Below are positions 9,237 to 21,631 of a stretch of DNA of 64,000 nt, in pieces. How positions within the stretch are numbered: position 1 is the first letter of the stretch; each line of letters starts with the position of its first letter. The stretch covers positions 173,416-237,415 of the forward strand of contig CAVZMH010000001.1 in the NCBI GenBank assembly GCA_963776345.1, given 5' to 3'. The notes under the pieces are model-generated. The model ran no database searches, was not told where the DNA came from, and saw nothing but the letters and a program-made list of their open reading frames with translations. The DNA comes from an uncultured delta proteobacterium. GTDB lineage: Bacteria; Myxococcota; Myxococcia; Myxococcales; Myxococcaceae. A program made the translations under genes and the position numbers.

Positions 9237-9750
9237 ATGAACGCACGGATGGCACTCGTGATCCTCGCCACCTCCCTGGCCGGCTGCGGCGGAAGAACCC
9301 ACGCCCAGGAGGAAGGGTGCTATGCCTTGCTGCCCGTGCGGCCCACCGGAATTCTTCGCGACGAGTGCCAGCTGCTGGCGGACGCCGCCGCGAATCTCGG
9401 CGCGCGGCTCACGCGGTCAGGCGACGTGGTGGAGCTCGACTTCCGGTTCACCAGCCCGAGCCAGGGTGCGCTGCTCGACGTGTCGATGGCCGGCCAGTTC
9501 TCCTACGACCAGGAGACGTTCAGCGCCGACGGAACGGCCTCGAACGTCCTCCTGCCCATCGAGGGGCAGGCCTGCCAGATCGATCTGGTCGACGTCCACC
9601 TGGACGCGACCTCGGACGCGGCGGATCGCTTCGAGGTTCTCGGGGGTGATCCGGATCAGCACCTTTACTTTTCGACCCGAGACCTGTGTGTGCCAGGCCT
9701 GGTTCGAGTACCAGGCCTCGCTGAGCAATTCTGGAAGCGCCTGTCCCTAG
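9237..9750 (+). CDS. Hypothetical lipoprotein, apparent frameshift near 9630
   Basis: Lipobox TSLAGC; coding-like sequence continues in another frame (RFSGVIRIS…CVCQAWFEY…CP*) to 9750, just before acs. Confidence 0.55.
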
Positions 9751-9760
9751 GAGCGTCGCC

Positions 9761-11719
<1,959 letters not shown>

Positions 11720-11771
11720 CCCGGCCCGACCGGAGGGCGCTCGTCGAGGGGCTCGATGCCTCGCTCGGGCG

Positions 11772-12288
11772 CTAGTGCTCGTCCGCCGTGCAGTCCTTCG
11801 CCACGCGGAACGCCGTCGAGGAACCGGTCGACGTCCGGTGCCGGTCCTCGCCACATGGCCATCAGCGTGTAGATGCACTGGCCGGCGGCCACGACCTGGA
11901 TGCGGATCTCGAGCCCCTGGGCGTGGAAGGCGCAGGTCTGGGCAGGGCGGCCGTCGCGGCGCTTGCCTCGCGCGTCGGTGGTGATGTCGTACCCCCGCGC
12001 GCGGGCGAACTCGGCGCAGAAGCCGTCGAGCACGCCCTCCGGGTCGAGCCGGCGCCCCGGGCCGGGCCGGCGCCGCTGCACCAGGAACGCCTGGTCCTCG
12101 GTCCCGCGCGACTCGACCGAGAGCAGGCGCTGGTTGCCCTCGGTCCGCTCGGCCTCGGTCCGCAGGGGCGGCGGGAGCTCGGCGCTGAACGTCCCGTCCG
12201 GCGCCTCGTACCGCGGCCAGGCCGGCTTGCAGCCCCCCGCGGCGAGGAGGAGCGCCAGCACCACCGCCTCTCTCCGGCGTTCAGCCAT
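11772..12288 (-). CDS. Hypothetical lipoprotein (apparent +1 frameshift near 11815)
   Basis: Lipobox LAAGGC; W..Y.APDG.FS..LP; removing one G gives …DRFLDAFRVAKDCTADEH* ending at 11772. Confidence 0.6.
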
Positions 12289-12916
12289 GGCGTGAGAGGT
12301 GGACGACCGCGGCCTCGAGCAGCGCGGCGATCCCCCGCTTCGAGGTGTGGACCAGCTTGCGCCGCAGCGGCGGAGGCCCGCCGGTGTAGAGCGTGCTCAC
12401 GCGGTGATCGAGCTCCGAGCCGCCCCAGAGCAAGACGAGATCTGCCCAGTCCAGGTCCAGCCGGGCCTGGGCGAGCGTCCTTCGCTCGGTGCCGTCGACC
12501 AGGCGAAGCTCGAGCCGCCCGCCGAGGGCATCGCGCAGCTCCTCCCGCACCGACGGCGAGCCGCCGACGATGGTCAGGCGACGGATGCCCGAGCGCTGGC
12601 AGGCGGCGACCAGCGCCTCCTCGGCCCGGCGATTGTCGGAGCCGCCGCACGAGGCGCACGCGGTGCGATGGGCGGTGCGCACCGGCGTCCTGCCGGAGCG
12701 CTCCGCGGCCGCGGCGCAGGCCGGCGTCGCGCAGTGCTTGAAGAATCGCCCGTCGAGCGCCAATCGGGCGCGGTCCTCCTTCGCCGCGCTCATCCGCGCC
12801 TTGCCCGGCCGGGTGAGCCCCGCGGCCTCCAGCGCCTCGCGGGCGCGGGTCCGCACCTCCGGGAGGTCGAAGCCCTCGGCCGAGAGCCAGGAGTCGATGT
12901 CGACGTCATGGCTCAC
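12281..12916 (-). CDS. Hypothetical protein with Cys pairs and a DUF2325-like C-terminal domain
   Basis: GTGA overlap with rnhB stop; HC…[13 protein letters not shown]…[13 protein letters not shown]. Confidence 0.65.
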   Translation of the reverse strand: MSHDVDIDSWLSAEGFDLPEVRTRAREALEAAGLTRPGKARMSAAKEDRARLALDGRFFKHCATPACAAAAERSGRTPVRTAHRTACASCGGSDNRRAEEALVAACQRSGIRRLTIVGGSPSVREELRDALGGRLELRLVDGTERRTLAQARLDLDWADLVLLWGGSELDHRVSTLYTGGPPPLRRKLVHTSKRGIAALLEAAVVHLSRHG

Positions 12917-13771
12917 GGACCGGCCGGTTCCGGCGGAACCGGCGGCAGCTCGAAGAGCAGCTCCTGGATGGGCTCGAGCCCGAGCGCCTGGCGTACCGGC
13001 GCGAAGCTCCGCCGGTGGATGGGGCAGGCGCCGAGCGAGCGCAGCGCAGCCTCGTGCTGAGGAGTGGGGTATCCCTTGTGCGCGGCGAACCCGTAGCCCG
13101 GGTACGTCGCGTCCATCTCGGCCATGTGGGCGTCCCGGGTGGTCTTCGCCAGCACCGAGGCGGCGGCGATGGTGAGCGAGAGCGCGTCGCCGTGCACGAT
13201 GCCCCGCTGCGGCACCGGGCACTCGGGGATGCGGCGGGCGTCCACCAGCACGAAGCTCGGGGGCAGCGGCAGGCCGAGGAGCGCGCGGCGCATCGCGAGG
13301 AGCCCGGCGTGGTAGATGTTCAGCCGGTCGATCTCCCCCACCTCGGCCACGCCCACCGCCCAGGCGACCGCGTCCCGCTTCAGCTCGCCGGCCATTCGCT
13401 CGCGGGTCTCGGCGTCGAGCACCTTGCTGTCGTCGAGCCCGCGCAGCTTGTAGTGCCGCGGGAGGATGACGGCCGCCGCGACCACCGGACCGGCGAGGGG
13501 CGCCATCCCCGCCTCGTCCACCCCCGCGACGTGCAGGTGGCCCGCCTCCCACAGGTCGACCTCGTAGCGGAGGAGGTTCCGGAGCCGCTGGCCCTCGGAG
13601 CGGTTCTTCTCCCGGCGGGCCGCGGATGGCGCGGGCCAGCTCCCGGGCCGCGCGCCGCGGGTCCTGCTCCAGGGCCTCCACGAGGCCCTCGGGGACCGGC
13701 CGCCCCCGCGTGAGGAACCGCTCGCGGAGCTGACCGATGGGCTGGGCGAGGAACCGCTCGAGGTCGGACAT
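12913..13771 (-). CDS. rnhB: Ribonuclease HII (apparent frameshift near 13620)
   Basis: [52 protein letters not shown]-terminal extension (MSDLERF…) in adjacent frame. Confidence 0.92.
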
Positions 13772-13829
13772 CGTGGCGGCCCGGAACGCTACACGCGTGG
13801 ACCGACAGCGCGGAAGTGTCTCCAGACGC

Positions 13830-14219
13830 TCACTCGCCGGGCGCAGGAGCCTGGAGCAGCCCCCAGGCGTCCAGGTCGATCGCCGCCAGAACCGTCCGGT
13901 GTGCCAGGCAGCCGCAACGCGGTGTCCGGGGCGAGGGGCAGGAGCGCATCCAGGACTCGAGCCGGGAGAGCGGCCCTGGCCCGACCGGGTGCGCACGGAC
14001 GTGCACCGACTCCGAGGAAAGGTCTCCGTGGCGCGACTCGGTCACCTCGGTGAGGCCCTCGAACCTGCAGCCGCCGCAGCGGGCGACCGCGAGCATCCGT
14101 TCGTCGGCCTCTTCCGGCGGCAGCTCCAGCACCAGCGGCGGATGCACCAGCGCGGCGCCGCACCGAGGACACCGGCCGGCGCCGCCGCCCGGGTGGCCCG
14201 GGATCCATCCAGGGCTCAC
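13830..14219 (-). CDS. Small hypothetical Cys-rich (possible Zn-binding) protein
   Basis: CPRC, CGGC, CPSP…CGCLAH; GTGA overlap with M61 stop. Confidence 0.55.
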   Translation of the reverse strand: MSPGWIPGHPGGGAGRCPRCGAALVHPPLVLELPPEEADERMLAVARCGGCRFEGLTEVTESRHGDLSSESVHVRAHPVGPGPLSRLESWMRSCPSPRTPRCGCLAHRTVLAAIDLDAWGLLQAPAPGE

Positions 14220-15973
14220 CCGGCGCCGTCCAGCGGTGCGCCCGCCCAGCGCTCGAACGCCGCGCGCTGCGCGTCGGTGGGCGACTCGACCGGCGCGAGC
14301 CACACCGCATCCTCGGGACGGCGCTCGAGCGTCACCGGGACCTCGACCAGGAGATCACGCCGGAACACCGACACCCGGAGCACCTCTCCCGGGCTCCGGT
14401 CGTCGGCGCGCGAGACCAGCGCCGCGGCGTCGCCCTTCACCCCGTCCACCGCGATGACCTCGTCGTCGGGGTAGAGACCCGCCGCCTGTGCGGGGGAGCC
14501 CTCGAGGACGCTGGCGATGGCGTTGCCGCGCGCCACGATGCCGGTCCAGCCGCGCGCCCGCGTGTCGCCTTCCTTGAGCCGGGGCGGCGTCCCACCCTTG
14601 TCGCCCACCGACTCGCGGATGCGGGTGCGCACCCGGAGTCCCACGTGCTCGAGCGCCGAGGTGTCCAGCTCGTCGGTGCTGCGGAGCGCCCGGTCGAAGA
14701 AGGACCTGAGATCCGCGCCGGCCACCTCGGAGGCCGCCGCCTCCACTCCGTCCTCCGGCACGCCCTTCCCGTCGCCGTGGCGGCTCCAGAGGAGGCGCAT
14801 CACGTCGTCGAGGCTCTTCGCGTCGCGGGTGCGGCGGCGGATCTCGAGGTCGAGGCACAGTGCCACCAGCTCGCCCTTCAGGTAGTACGAGACGGCGCTG
14901 TTGGGCGTGTGCTCGTCCTGCCGGTAGTACTTCACCCAGGCGGTGAGCGAGCCCTCCTCCAGCGTCTGCACCCGTCGGCCCGGCGTCGTGGCGAGCGTGG
15001 AGAACGCCTCGCCGAGCCGGATCAGGTAGCGCGCCGGGCTCATCCGTCCCGCGCGCCGCACCAAGAGATTGTCGTAGTACGAGGTGATGCCCTCGAACGC
15101 CCAGAGCAGGCGGGTGTAGCTCTCGCCCGAGTAGTCGAAGGGGACGAAGGCCCGCGGCTTCAGGCGCTTCACGTTCCAGAGGTGGAAGTACTCGTGCGAG
15201 GCGAGGGTGAGGAAGTCCTCCCAGCCCTTGGGGGTGGAGATCTGCGCCCGGGGGTAGACCAGCGCGGTGGAGGCGGCGTGCTCGAGCCCGCCGCGCCCCT
15301 TGTCCACCAGGTAGAGCAGGAAGAGGTAGCGGGGCATGGGGAGCCCGCCCCACAGCGCCGCCTCGGCGTCGCACACCGCGGCGAGGTCGGCCGCGAGCTT
15401 GCTCGCGTCCACCGTCCCGCCCCAGACCACCACCTCGTGCGGCACGCCGCCGGCCTCGAACCGGATGGGGCGGTGCGGGCCGATCTCCACCGGGCTGTCG
15501 ACCAGCACGTCGTAGCTCGGGGCCTGCCAGCCGCCGTCGGTGCGCTCCAGCGCGGTGAAGACGGTCCACCCCGGAGGCGCGTCGACCGCCAGGTGGTACG
15601 GCGCGTCCCGGAGCGCCTCGGTGTAGAGGAAGAGCGTCGCCCCGTTGAAGAAGCCATGCGTCCCGTCGAGGTGGCTGGTCCTCACCGTGAGCTCGTTGGC
15701 GTAGACGCAGTAGCGCACCCGCGCCGGGCGGCCCTGCGGGCGGAGGCGCCAGGTCCGCTTGTCCACCCGCTCGGCCGTCACGCGCTCGCCGCGGTCGTCG
15801 GAGGCGGAGAGCTCCTGGACGTGACGGGCGAACTCGCGGACCAGGTAGCTGCCCGGCGTCCAGACCGGCAGCACGAGGTCGAGCACGTCGGCGGCGGGGA
15901 ACTGGGCCTCCACCTCGAAGAGGTGCGAGTGGGGCCGGGGCATCGAGACGCGGTAGCGGACCGCTTCGGTCAT
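14216..15973 (-). CDS. M61-family metallopeptidase (glycyl aminopeptidase-like) with C-terminal PDZ
   Basis: PVWTPGSYLVREF, GGLEH, SHEYFHLWNVKR, FEGITSYY, SYYLKG. Confidence 0.93.
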   Translation of the reverse strand: MTEAVRYRVSMPRPHSHLFEVEAQFPAADVLDLVLPVWTPGSYLVREFARHVQELSASDDRGERVTAERVDKRTWRLRPQGRPARVRYCVYANELTVRTSHLDGTHGFFNGATLFLYTEALRDAPYHLAVDAPPGWTVFTALERTDGGWQAPSYDVLVDSPVEIGPHRPIRFEAGGVPHEVVVWGGTVDASKLAADLAAVCDAEAALWGGLPMPRYLFLLYLVDKGRGGLEHAASTALVYPRAQISTPKGWEDFLTLASHEYFHLWNVKRLKPRAFVPFDYSGESYTRLLWAFEGITSYYDNLLVRRAGRMSPARYLIRLGEAFSTLATTPGRRVQTLEEGSLTAWVKYYRQDEHTPNSAVSYYLKGELVALCLDLEIRRRTRDAKSLDDVMRLLWSRHGDGKGVPEDGVEAAASEVAGADLRSFFDRALRSTDELDTSALEHVGLRVRTRIRESVGDKGGTPPRLKEGDTRARGWTGIVARGNAIASVLEGSPAQAAGLYPDDEVIAVDGVKGDAAALVSRADDRSPGEVLRVSVFRRDLLVEVPVTLERRPEDAVWLAPVESPTDAQRAAFERWAGAPLDGAG

Positions 15974-16002
15974 GCGCCCCACGTCTAGCACCCGGGGGCA
16001 GC

Positions 16003-17301
16003 TCAGCGCGCGCGCAGGAGGATGGCGCCGAAGAACCCGTCGGTTCCATGGCGTCCGGGCGAGAGCCGGAGGAAGTCGCCGGTGCTGACCCTGGCGCCCA
16101 GCTCGGGGCCGAGCCGGTCGGCGGGCGGGACGGTGTGGAACCCCGGGTGACGCTCGAGGAACCAGGCCACCACCGCCTCGTTCTCCTCCTCGAGCACGCT
16201 GCACGTTCCGTAGACCAGGCGGCCGCCCGGGCGCACCAGCGGCGCGAACTGGGCGAGGAGGGTGCGCTGGCGCTCCACGTGCTGCCCGAGCATCGCCTCG
16301 GTCAGGCGGTAGCGGGCGTCGGGCTTGCGGCGGAAGGTGCCGGTGCCGCTGCATGGTGCGTCGACCAGCACCCGGTCGGCCTTCTCCGCGAGGTCGGCGA
16401 GCGCCGGCCCGACCTCGGGGCCCGAGGCGGGGATGGCGCGGATGCGGACGTTGTGCACGCCGGCGCGGCGGGCCCGGCGCTTGAGCTCCTCGAGGCGCCG
16501 GGCGTCGATGTCGAGCGCGAACAGCTCGCCTCGGTTCCGCATCTGGGCCGCGAGCTGGAGCGTCTTGCCGCCGGCGCCGGCGCAGGCGTCCACCACGCGG
16601 GTGGGGGGCGCGTCGACGAGGAGCCCCAGGAGCTGGCTCCCCTCGTCCTGGAGCTCGAAGAGCCCTTCGCGGAAGCTGGGGAGCGCGAAGACGTTCTGCC
16701 TCGTCTCGAGGAAGAGCCCGAGCGGCGAGAGCGGCGTCTCGCGCGTCTCCACGCCCTCGGCACGGAGCCGGTCCCGGAGCGCGTCGCGGGTCGTCCGGAG
16801 GAGGTTCACCCGGGCGGTGAGCGGGGCCCGCTCGTTCATCGCCGCGGCCTCGAGCTCGGCGCGATCGCCGAACTCCCGGAGGAAGCGCTCGGCGAGGAAG
16901 TCCGGGAGCGAGGCGTCGAGCGCGAAGCGCTGGGGGCGAGGAAGGGCCTGGAGGGCGGCGGCGGCGGCGGGGAGCGCCTCGAGGACCTGCGACTCGTCCG
17001 GCCGGAGGCCGCTGGTCCTGGCCACGCGCTCGGCGGTCTCGCCGTGCAGCACCTGCGAGGCGGCGAGCCGCAGGAGGTCCTGCTGGGTGGTGGGGCGCCG
17101 CTCGAGGGTGGCGCCCGCGCGATCGAGGAGCGCGTCGACGGTTCGCTGCCGGCGGAGCAGGGCGTAGACGCGCTCGGCCACCGCCCGCCGCTCGTTCGAG
17201 TAGAGATGCCGCTTGGTCCGGAGCACGTGGTCGAGCGCGCGGTCGGCGAGCCAGCCCTCGTGGCGAACCGCGCCGTAGGCCTCCAGCGCCGCCTGCGTCA
17301 C
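16003..17301 (-). CDS. RsmB/NOP2-family RNA (cytosine-C5) methyltransferase; true start may be further upstream
   Basis: FELQDEGSQ, VVDACAGAGGKT, VLVDAPCSGTG, YGTCS..EEENE, HGTDGFF. Confidence 0.9.
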   Translation of the reverse strand: MTQAALEAYGAVRHEGWLADRALDHVLRTKRHLYSNERRAVAERVYALLRRQRTVDALLDRAGATLERRPTTQQDLLRLAASQVLHGETAERVARTSGLRPDESQVLEALPAAAAALQALPRPQRFALDASLPDFLAERFLREFGDRAELEAAAMNERAPLTARVNLLRTTRDALRDRLRAEGVETRETPLSPLGLFLETRQNVFALPSFREGLFELQDEGSQLLGLLVDAPPTRVVDACAGAGGKTLQLAAQMRNRGELFALDIDARRLEELKRRARRAGVHNVRIRAIPASGPEVGPALADLAEKADRVLVDAPCSGTGTFRRKPDARYRLTEAMLGQHVERQRTLLAQFAPLVRPGGRLVYGTCSVLEEENEAVVAWFLERHPGFHTVPPADRLGPELGARVSTGDFLRLSPGRHGTDGFFGAILLRAR

Positions 17302-17455
17302 CAGGTCTTCCCGGAGGGGGCGCTCCGGCCGCTCCGCCCCGTCGTGGCGCTCGCGCCCCCGGAGGTGGCACGCCCGGAGGTGTCAGACACCTCGGACGAG
17401 GCCTGACGCGGGCGGCGGTCGCGCCGGCGGCCAGAGGACGGGCGAGTCACGGGCC

Positions 17456-17788
17456 TCAGTACCTCGGCATGCGCGGGTCCACGTCCACCGCCCACGCCTC
17501 GATGCCGCCGCGCAGGGACGCCGCGGGGATGCCCACCGAGTCCAGGAAGGCGGCCGCGTGGTAGCTGCGTACCCCGAGGTGACAGAGGACGACCAGCGGC
17601 CGGTCCGCCACCTCGCGGACCTCGTCCAGCCGCGCCGGCAGCTCGTGCATCGGCACGTGCAGCGAGCCGGGGAGGGACGCGACGCGGACCTCGTCCGGGT
17701 TCCGGACGTCGAGGATGAGGGGCCGCTCCACCTCGGGTCCCTCCAGGGCCCGGGCCAGCTCGCGCGCGCTCACCTCACGCACGGGCAC
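17456..17788 (-). CDS. Rhodanese-like domain protein
   Basis: ILDVR.PDE, LCHLGVRS, LRGGIEAW..VDP.MPRY. Confidence 0.88.
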   Translation of the reverse strand: MPVREVSARELARALEGPEVERPLILDVRNPDEVRVASLPGSLHVPMHELPARLDEVREVADRPLVVLCHLGVRSYHAAAFLDSVGIPAASLRGGIEAWAVDVDPRMPRY

Positions 17789-18941
17789 CGGGCACCTCGC
17801 AGGTGGGCGGCTCGTCGGAGAGGGTGATGGTCGCGCCCGGACGGCAGGTGGGGCAGGCCGGATCGCGCCGCAGCGCCAGCTCGGAGAACCGCGTCCCCAG
17901 CGCGTCGAAGGTGAGCAGCCGCCCGACGAGCGGGGTGCCGATGCCCAGCAGCAGCTTCAGCACCTCGTTGGCCTGGACCAACCCGATGAGCCCGGGCAGC
18001 ACCCCGAGCACCCCGGCCTCGGCGCAGGACGGCGCGAGCTCCGGCGGGGGCGGCGACGGGTACAGGCAGCGGTAGCACGGCCCCACGCCGGGGAGCAGCG
18101 TCGTCGCCTGGCCCTCGAAGCGGTACACGCTCCCGTGCACCAGCGGGATGCCCTCCTTCACGCAGGCGTCGTTGAGCAGGTAGCGGGTGGGGAAGTTGTC
18201 GCCTCCGTCCACCACCACCTCGAACCCGCGCACGATGCGCAGGACGTTCGCCGCGGTGAGGCGCTCGGGGAAGGTGACGACCTTGAGCTCGGGGTTGAGC
18301 GCGGTCAGCGCGTCCCGCGCGCTGTCGGTCTTGGGCCGCCCTGCGTCCGAGCTCCGGTGGAGCACCTGCCGCTGGAGGTTGCTCACCTCCACCACGTCCG
18401 AGTCGACGATGCCCAGGGTCCCCACGCCCGCCGCGGCCAGGTACAGCGCCGCGGGCGAGCCGAGCCCCCCGGCGCCGAGCAGGAGCACCCGAGACTCGAA
18501 CAGCTTCGTCTGTCCGGCCTCGCCGACCTCGGGCAAGGAGAGGTGCCGCCGGTAGCGCGCCTTCTGGTCGGCGCGCAGCTGGGTGGGCCGCACCCGCGGC
18601 AGCCCGAGGTCGCTCCAGCGACCGAACCCGCCCGCGAGCGACGAGACCCGGGCGTACCCGAGCTCCTGGAGCGTGCGGCCGGCGAGGAGCGACCGGACCC
18701 CGCTCGCGCAATAGAGGACGATCTCCCGCTCGCGCGGCACCAGCCGTTCGATGCCGAGCTCGAGGTTCCCCCGGGGGAGGAGGAGCGCGCCGGGGAGGTG
18801 CCCCTCCGCGGTCTCGTCCGGCTCGCGCACGTCCAGCAGCAGGGGCGCGTCCGCCGAGTCGAGCCGCCCGGCCACCGCCTCCGGGCCGACTTCGGGGACG
18901 GCGGCGCGGGCCTGCTCCAGGACTTGACGGAAGGTGGGCAT
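17775..18941 (-). CDS. moeB: Molybdopterin-synthase adenylyltransferase MoeB with N-terminal rhodanese domain
   Basis: YCASGVRS rhodanese; RY.RH, GAGGLGSP, SNLQRQ, DNFPTRY, CYRC, CPTC. Confidence 0.93.
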   Translation of the reverse strand: MPTFRQVLEQARAAVPEVGPEAVAGRLDSADAPLLLDVREPDETAEGHLPGALLLPRGNLELGIERLVPREREIVLYCASGVRSLLAGRTLQELGYARVSSLAGGFGRWSDLGLPRVRPTQLRADQKARYRRHLSLPEVGEAGQTKLFESRVLLLGAGGLGSPAALYLAAAGVGTLGIVDSDVVEVSNLQRQVLHRSSDAGRPKTDSARDALTALNPELKVVTFPERLTAANVLRIVRGFEVVVDGGDNFPTRYLLNDACVKEGIPLVHGSVYRFEGQATTLLPGVGPCYRCLYPSPPPPELAPSCAEAGVLGVLPGLIGLVQANEVLKLLLGIGTPLVGRLLTFDALGTRFSELALRRDPACPTCRPGATITLSDEPPTCEVPGARA

Positions 18942-18997
18942 CGGCGGCCGCCTGCGTATAACAGACGCGGGCCGGACGGCCAGGAGGCCTCACGGGG

Positions 18998-19741
18998 ATG
19001 ACGCTCGACGGACGGGTGGCGCTGGTGACCGGAGGAGGCATCCGGCTGGGCCGGGCCATCGTGCAGGCGCTGGCCGGCGACGGCGCCACGGTGGCGGTGC
19101 ACCACCACGGCTCCGGGGAGGCGGCGCAGGGGCTGGTGGCCGAGCTCCGGAAGGCCGGACGCCGCGCCGAGGCGTTCCGGGCCGACCTCACCGACGACGC
19201 CGAGCTCGTCGCGCTGGTCCCGGAGGTCGAGCGCTCCCTCGGGCCGGTCTCGGTGCTGGTCAACAGCGCGGCGCGCTTCACCCGGGCCACCTTCCTCGAC
19301 ACCGACGCGGCGACGCTCGACGCCGAGTGGCGCCTCAACGCCCGTGCGCCGTTCCTCCTCACCCGCGCGGTGGCCCGGGGCATGGTGGAGCGGAAGGACG
19401 GGGTGGTGGTGAACGTGCTGGACATCGGCGGCGCGCTGGTTCCTTGGCGCAACTACTCCGCGTACTGCATGACCAAGGCGGCGCTGCACATGCTGACCCA
19501 GGTGCTGGCGCTCGAGCTCGCCCCGCACGTCCGGGTGAACGGCGTGGCGCCGGGCACGGTCCTCCCCCCCGAGTCACTTTCACCCGAGGAGCGGGAACAG
19601 CTCCGGTCCCGCATCCCGATGCAGCGCTTCGGCACGCCCGAGGACGTGGCCGAGACGGTGCGCTTCCTGGTGGCCGGGCCGGACTTCATCACCGGCCAGG
19701 TGGTCGCCGTGGACGGGGGGCGGCTCCGGGGGAGCCGCTGA
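18998..19741 (+). CDS. SDR-family oxidoreductase, pteridine-reductase-like
   Basis: TGGGIRLG, VNSAA, YCMTK, VNGVAPG, ITGQVVAVDGG. Confidence 0.85.
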   Translation: MTLDGRVALVTGGGIRLGRAIVQALAGDGATVAVHHHGSGEAAQGLVAELRKAGRRAEAFRADLTDDAELVALVPEVERSLGPVSVLVNSAARFTRATFLDTDAATLDAEWRLNARAPFLLTRAVARGMVERKDGVVVNVLDIGGALVPWRNYSAYCMTKAALHMLTQVLALELAPHVRVNGVAPGTVLPPESLSPEEREQLRSRIPMQRFGTPEDVAETVRFLVAGPDFITGQVVAVDGGRLRGSR

Positions 19742-19801
19742 GCCAGGGCGGATGGGGGCCCACCCGTGGAAACCCGGTCCCGCCGTGGATATACAGGGGC
19801 C

Positions 19802-20182
19802 ATGGACACCTCGACCGCCACCCCCGCGGCTCCCGCCCCCGCTGCCACGCCGGCGTTCCCGTTGAAGCTCACCGCCCGTGCGGTCGAGCAGGTCAAGGCG
19901 GTGCAGAAGGCGCAGGGCTTCGAGGGGTACTACCTCTCGATTCGGGTCGCCCCGGCAGGCTGCAGCGGGTTCGGCTACGACCTCGATCTGGTCAAGGACA
20001 TCTCGGCCAACGACGTCGTCGGCGAGCAGGACGGGATCCGCCTGGTCACCGACGCGCTCAGCCAGCAGTACCTGGCGGGGACCGAGGTCGACTACGTGGT
20101 GGGCACCACCACGGCGGGGTTCAAGTTCGAGAACCCGAACGCGAAGAGCACCTGTGGTTGCGGTACCTCGTTCTCCACCTGA
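19802..20182 (+). CDS. HesB/IscA-family iron-sulfur cluster assembly protein
   Basis: GCSGFGY … NPNAKSTCGCGTSF. Confidence 0.92.
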   Translation: MDTSTATPAAPAPAATPAFPLKLTARAVEQVKAVQKAQGFEGYYLSIRVAPAGCSGFGYDLDLVKDISANDVVGEQDGIRLVTDALSQQYLAGTEVDYVVGTTTAGFKFENPNAKSTCGCGTSFST

Positions 20183-20192
20183 CCTCCCGGGC

Positions 20193-20690
20193 TCAGGGCT
20201 CGAGCAGGCGCTGCCACTCGCGCACGCTGTCCCTCCGGCCGAGCCGCTCCTTCCGGCGCAGGTGAGCGGCCTCGAACGCTGCCCGCTCGTCGGCGGTGTC
20301 CAGCCTGAGCGGCGGCACCTCCGCCCGGCTGCCGTCCGGGTTCAGCGCGACGAAGGTGATGAGGGCGGTGGTGGTGAGGTGCTGCTCACCGGTGAGCGGA
20401 TTCTCGGCCGTCACCCCCACCCCGATCTCCATCGAGCTGCGGAACGCGGCCAGCACCCGCGCCCGGAGCGTCACCACCCAGCCGACGCGGATGGAGGCGT
20501 GGAAGTGGAGGTCGTCCATGCTCGCGGTCACCACCGCGTGCCGGCAGTGCCGTCCCGCGGCGATCCCCCCGCACACGTCGATCCACTCCAGCACCCGCCC
20601 GCCGAACGCCGCGTTGAGCGGGTTGGCGTCGGAGGGGAGGATCATCTGCATCATCACCGCCACGCTCTCGGAAGGGCTCTTGGGCTCCAT
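20193..20690 (-). CDS. Acyl-CoA thioesterase (hotdog fold)
   Basis: PSDAN…FGGRVLEWID…VVTASMD.L.F…SSMEIGV. Confidence 0.9.
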   Translation of the reverse strand: MEPKSPSESVAVMMQMILPSDANPLNAAFGGRVLEWIDVCGGIAAGRHCRHAVVTASMDDLHFHASIRVGWVVTLRARVLAAFRSSMEIGVGVTAENPLTGEQHLTTTALITFVALNPDGSRAEVPPLRLDTADERAAFEAAHLRRKERLGRRDSVREWQRLLEP

Positions 20691-20704
20691 GCTGGGAGTG
20701 CTCT

Positions 20705-21499
20705 CTAGCCCAGGACCTCGCGGAGCAGATCAGGTCTGTCGGTCATGATGCCCCCGACGCCGATGCCGACCAGCGCCCGCATCGTCTCCACGTCGTCGAC
20801 GGTCCAGACGTTCACCCAGCGGCCCAGGCGGTGAGTGGCCTCGAGGAACGGCCCGTCCACCAGCCGGACCTCGCCGTAGTCCAGCGGCATGTCCAGGACC
20901 TGGAACCTCGGGTCGTCGGGCGCCTCGGCGCCGGACTTGATGGCCAGGACCAGCTGGGTGAGCGCGTCGCGGGGATAGAACGCGCAGACCTCGGGCGCCG
21001 CCTCGACCAGGCGCTCGGCGAGCGGATCCAGCTCGCTCCCGAGGCAGACCCGGCCCACCGCACCTTCGGCCCGGAGCAGGGTGGCGATCGCCGGCTCGAC
21101 GCCCGGCGCCTCCGCCTTCACCTCGACGTTCAGCCGGAGCCCGGGGAACGACCGGAGCACCTCCACGAAGGTGGGCACGCGCACGCCCTGGTCCCGGAAC
21201 GGGTGGGTGCGTCCGCCGTCCGGTGAGAAGTGAAACCCGGCGTCGAGCCGCTGGAGCTCGGCCAGCGTGTGGTCCGCGATGCGCCCGTGGCCGTCCGTGC
21301 AGCGCTGGAGGGTCGGGTCGTGCGAGACGACGAGCTCGCCGTCGCGCGTGGCGTGCACGTCGAGCTCGAGCATGTCCGTCCGCCAGCGGTCCACCGCCGC
21401 CCGGAACGCGGCCAGCGTGTTCTCCGGGGCGAGCAGCGCCCCGCCGCGATGGGCGATGTGCAGGGTGGGGCGGAGCCCCTCGAGGAAGGGGTGGCGCAT
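20705..21499 (-). CDS. Glycerophosphodiester phosphodiesterase
   Basis: IAHRGG…PENTLAAF, ELDVH.TRDG..VVSHD, NVEVK, WTVDD, GIMTDRP. Confidence 0.92.
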   Translation of the reverse strand: MRHPFLEGLRPTLHIAHRGGALLAPENTLAAFRAAVDRWRTDMLELDVHATRDGELVVSHDPTLQRCTDGHGRIADHTLAELQRLDAGFHFSPDGGRTHPFRDQGVRVPTFVEVLRSFPGLRLNVEVKAEAPGVEPAIATLLRAEGAVGRVCLGSELDPLAERLVEAAPEVCAFYPRDALTQLVLAIKSGAEAPDDPRFQVLDMPLDYGEVRLVDGPFLEATHRLGRWVNVWTVDDVETMRALVGIGVGGIMTDRPDLLREVLG

Positions 21500-21631
21500 A
21501 CGACCTCAGTGTCCGCTCTTCGGCCGTCCTGTGCTCCTCCGATGTGACGTCCGGGCCCGGTCTCGCAAGCGGCTGGAATTCCAGGGGCTGGCTCTCCCGG
21601 GAGACCGGCACGTACAATTCGAGGGCTGGCC

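Noticed and set aside
13490..13525. RNase HII motif variant DEAGMAP instead of DEAGRGP as a sign of inactivation
   Set aside because: The catalytic acidic residues (DE, D, D) are retained; likely a lineage variant.
17456..18941. Single Rhd-MoeB-Rhd fusion broken by a frameshift
   Set aside because: Both ORFs look complete, with a short 14-bp overlap and a GAGG RBS before the rhodanese start. Separate genes are the simpler reading.
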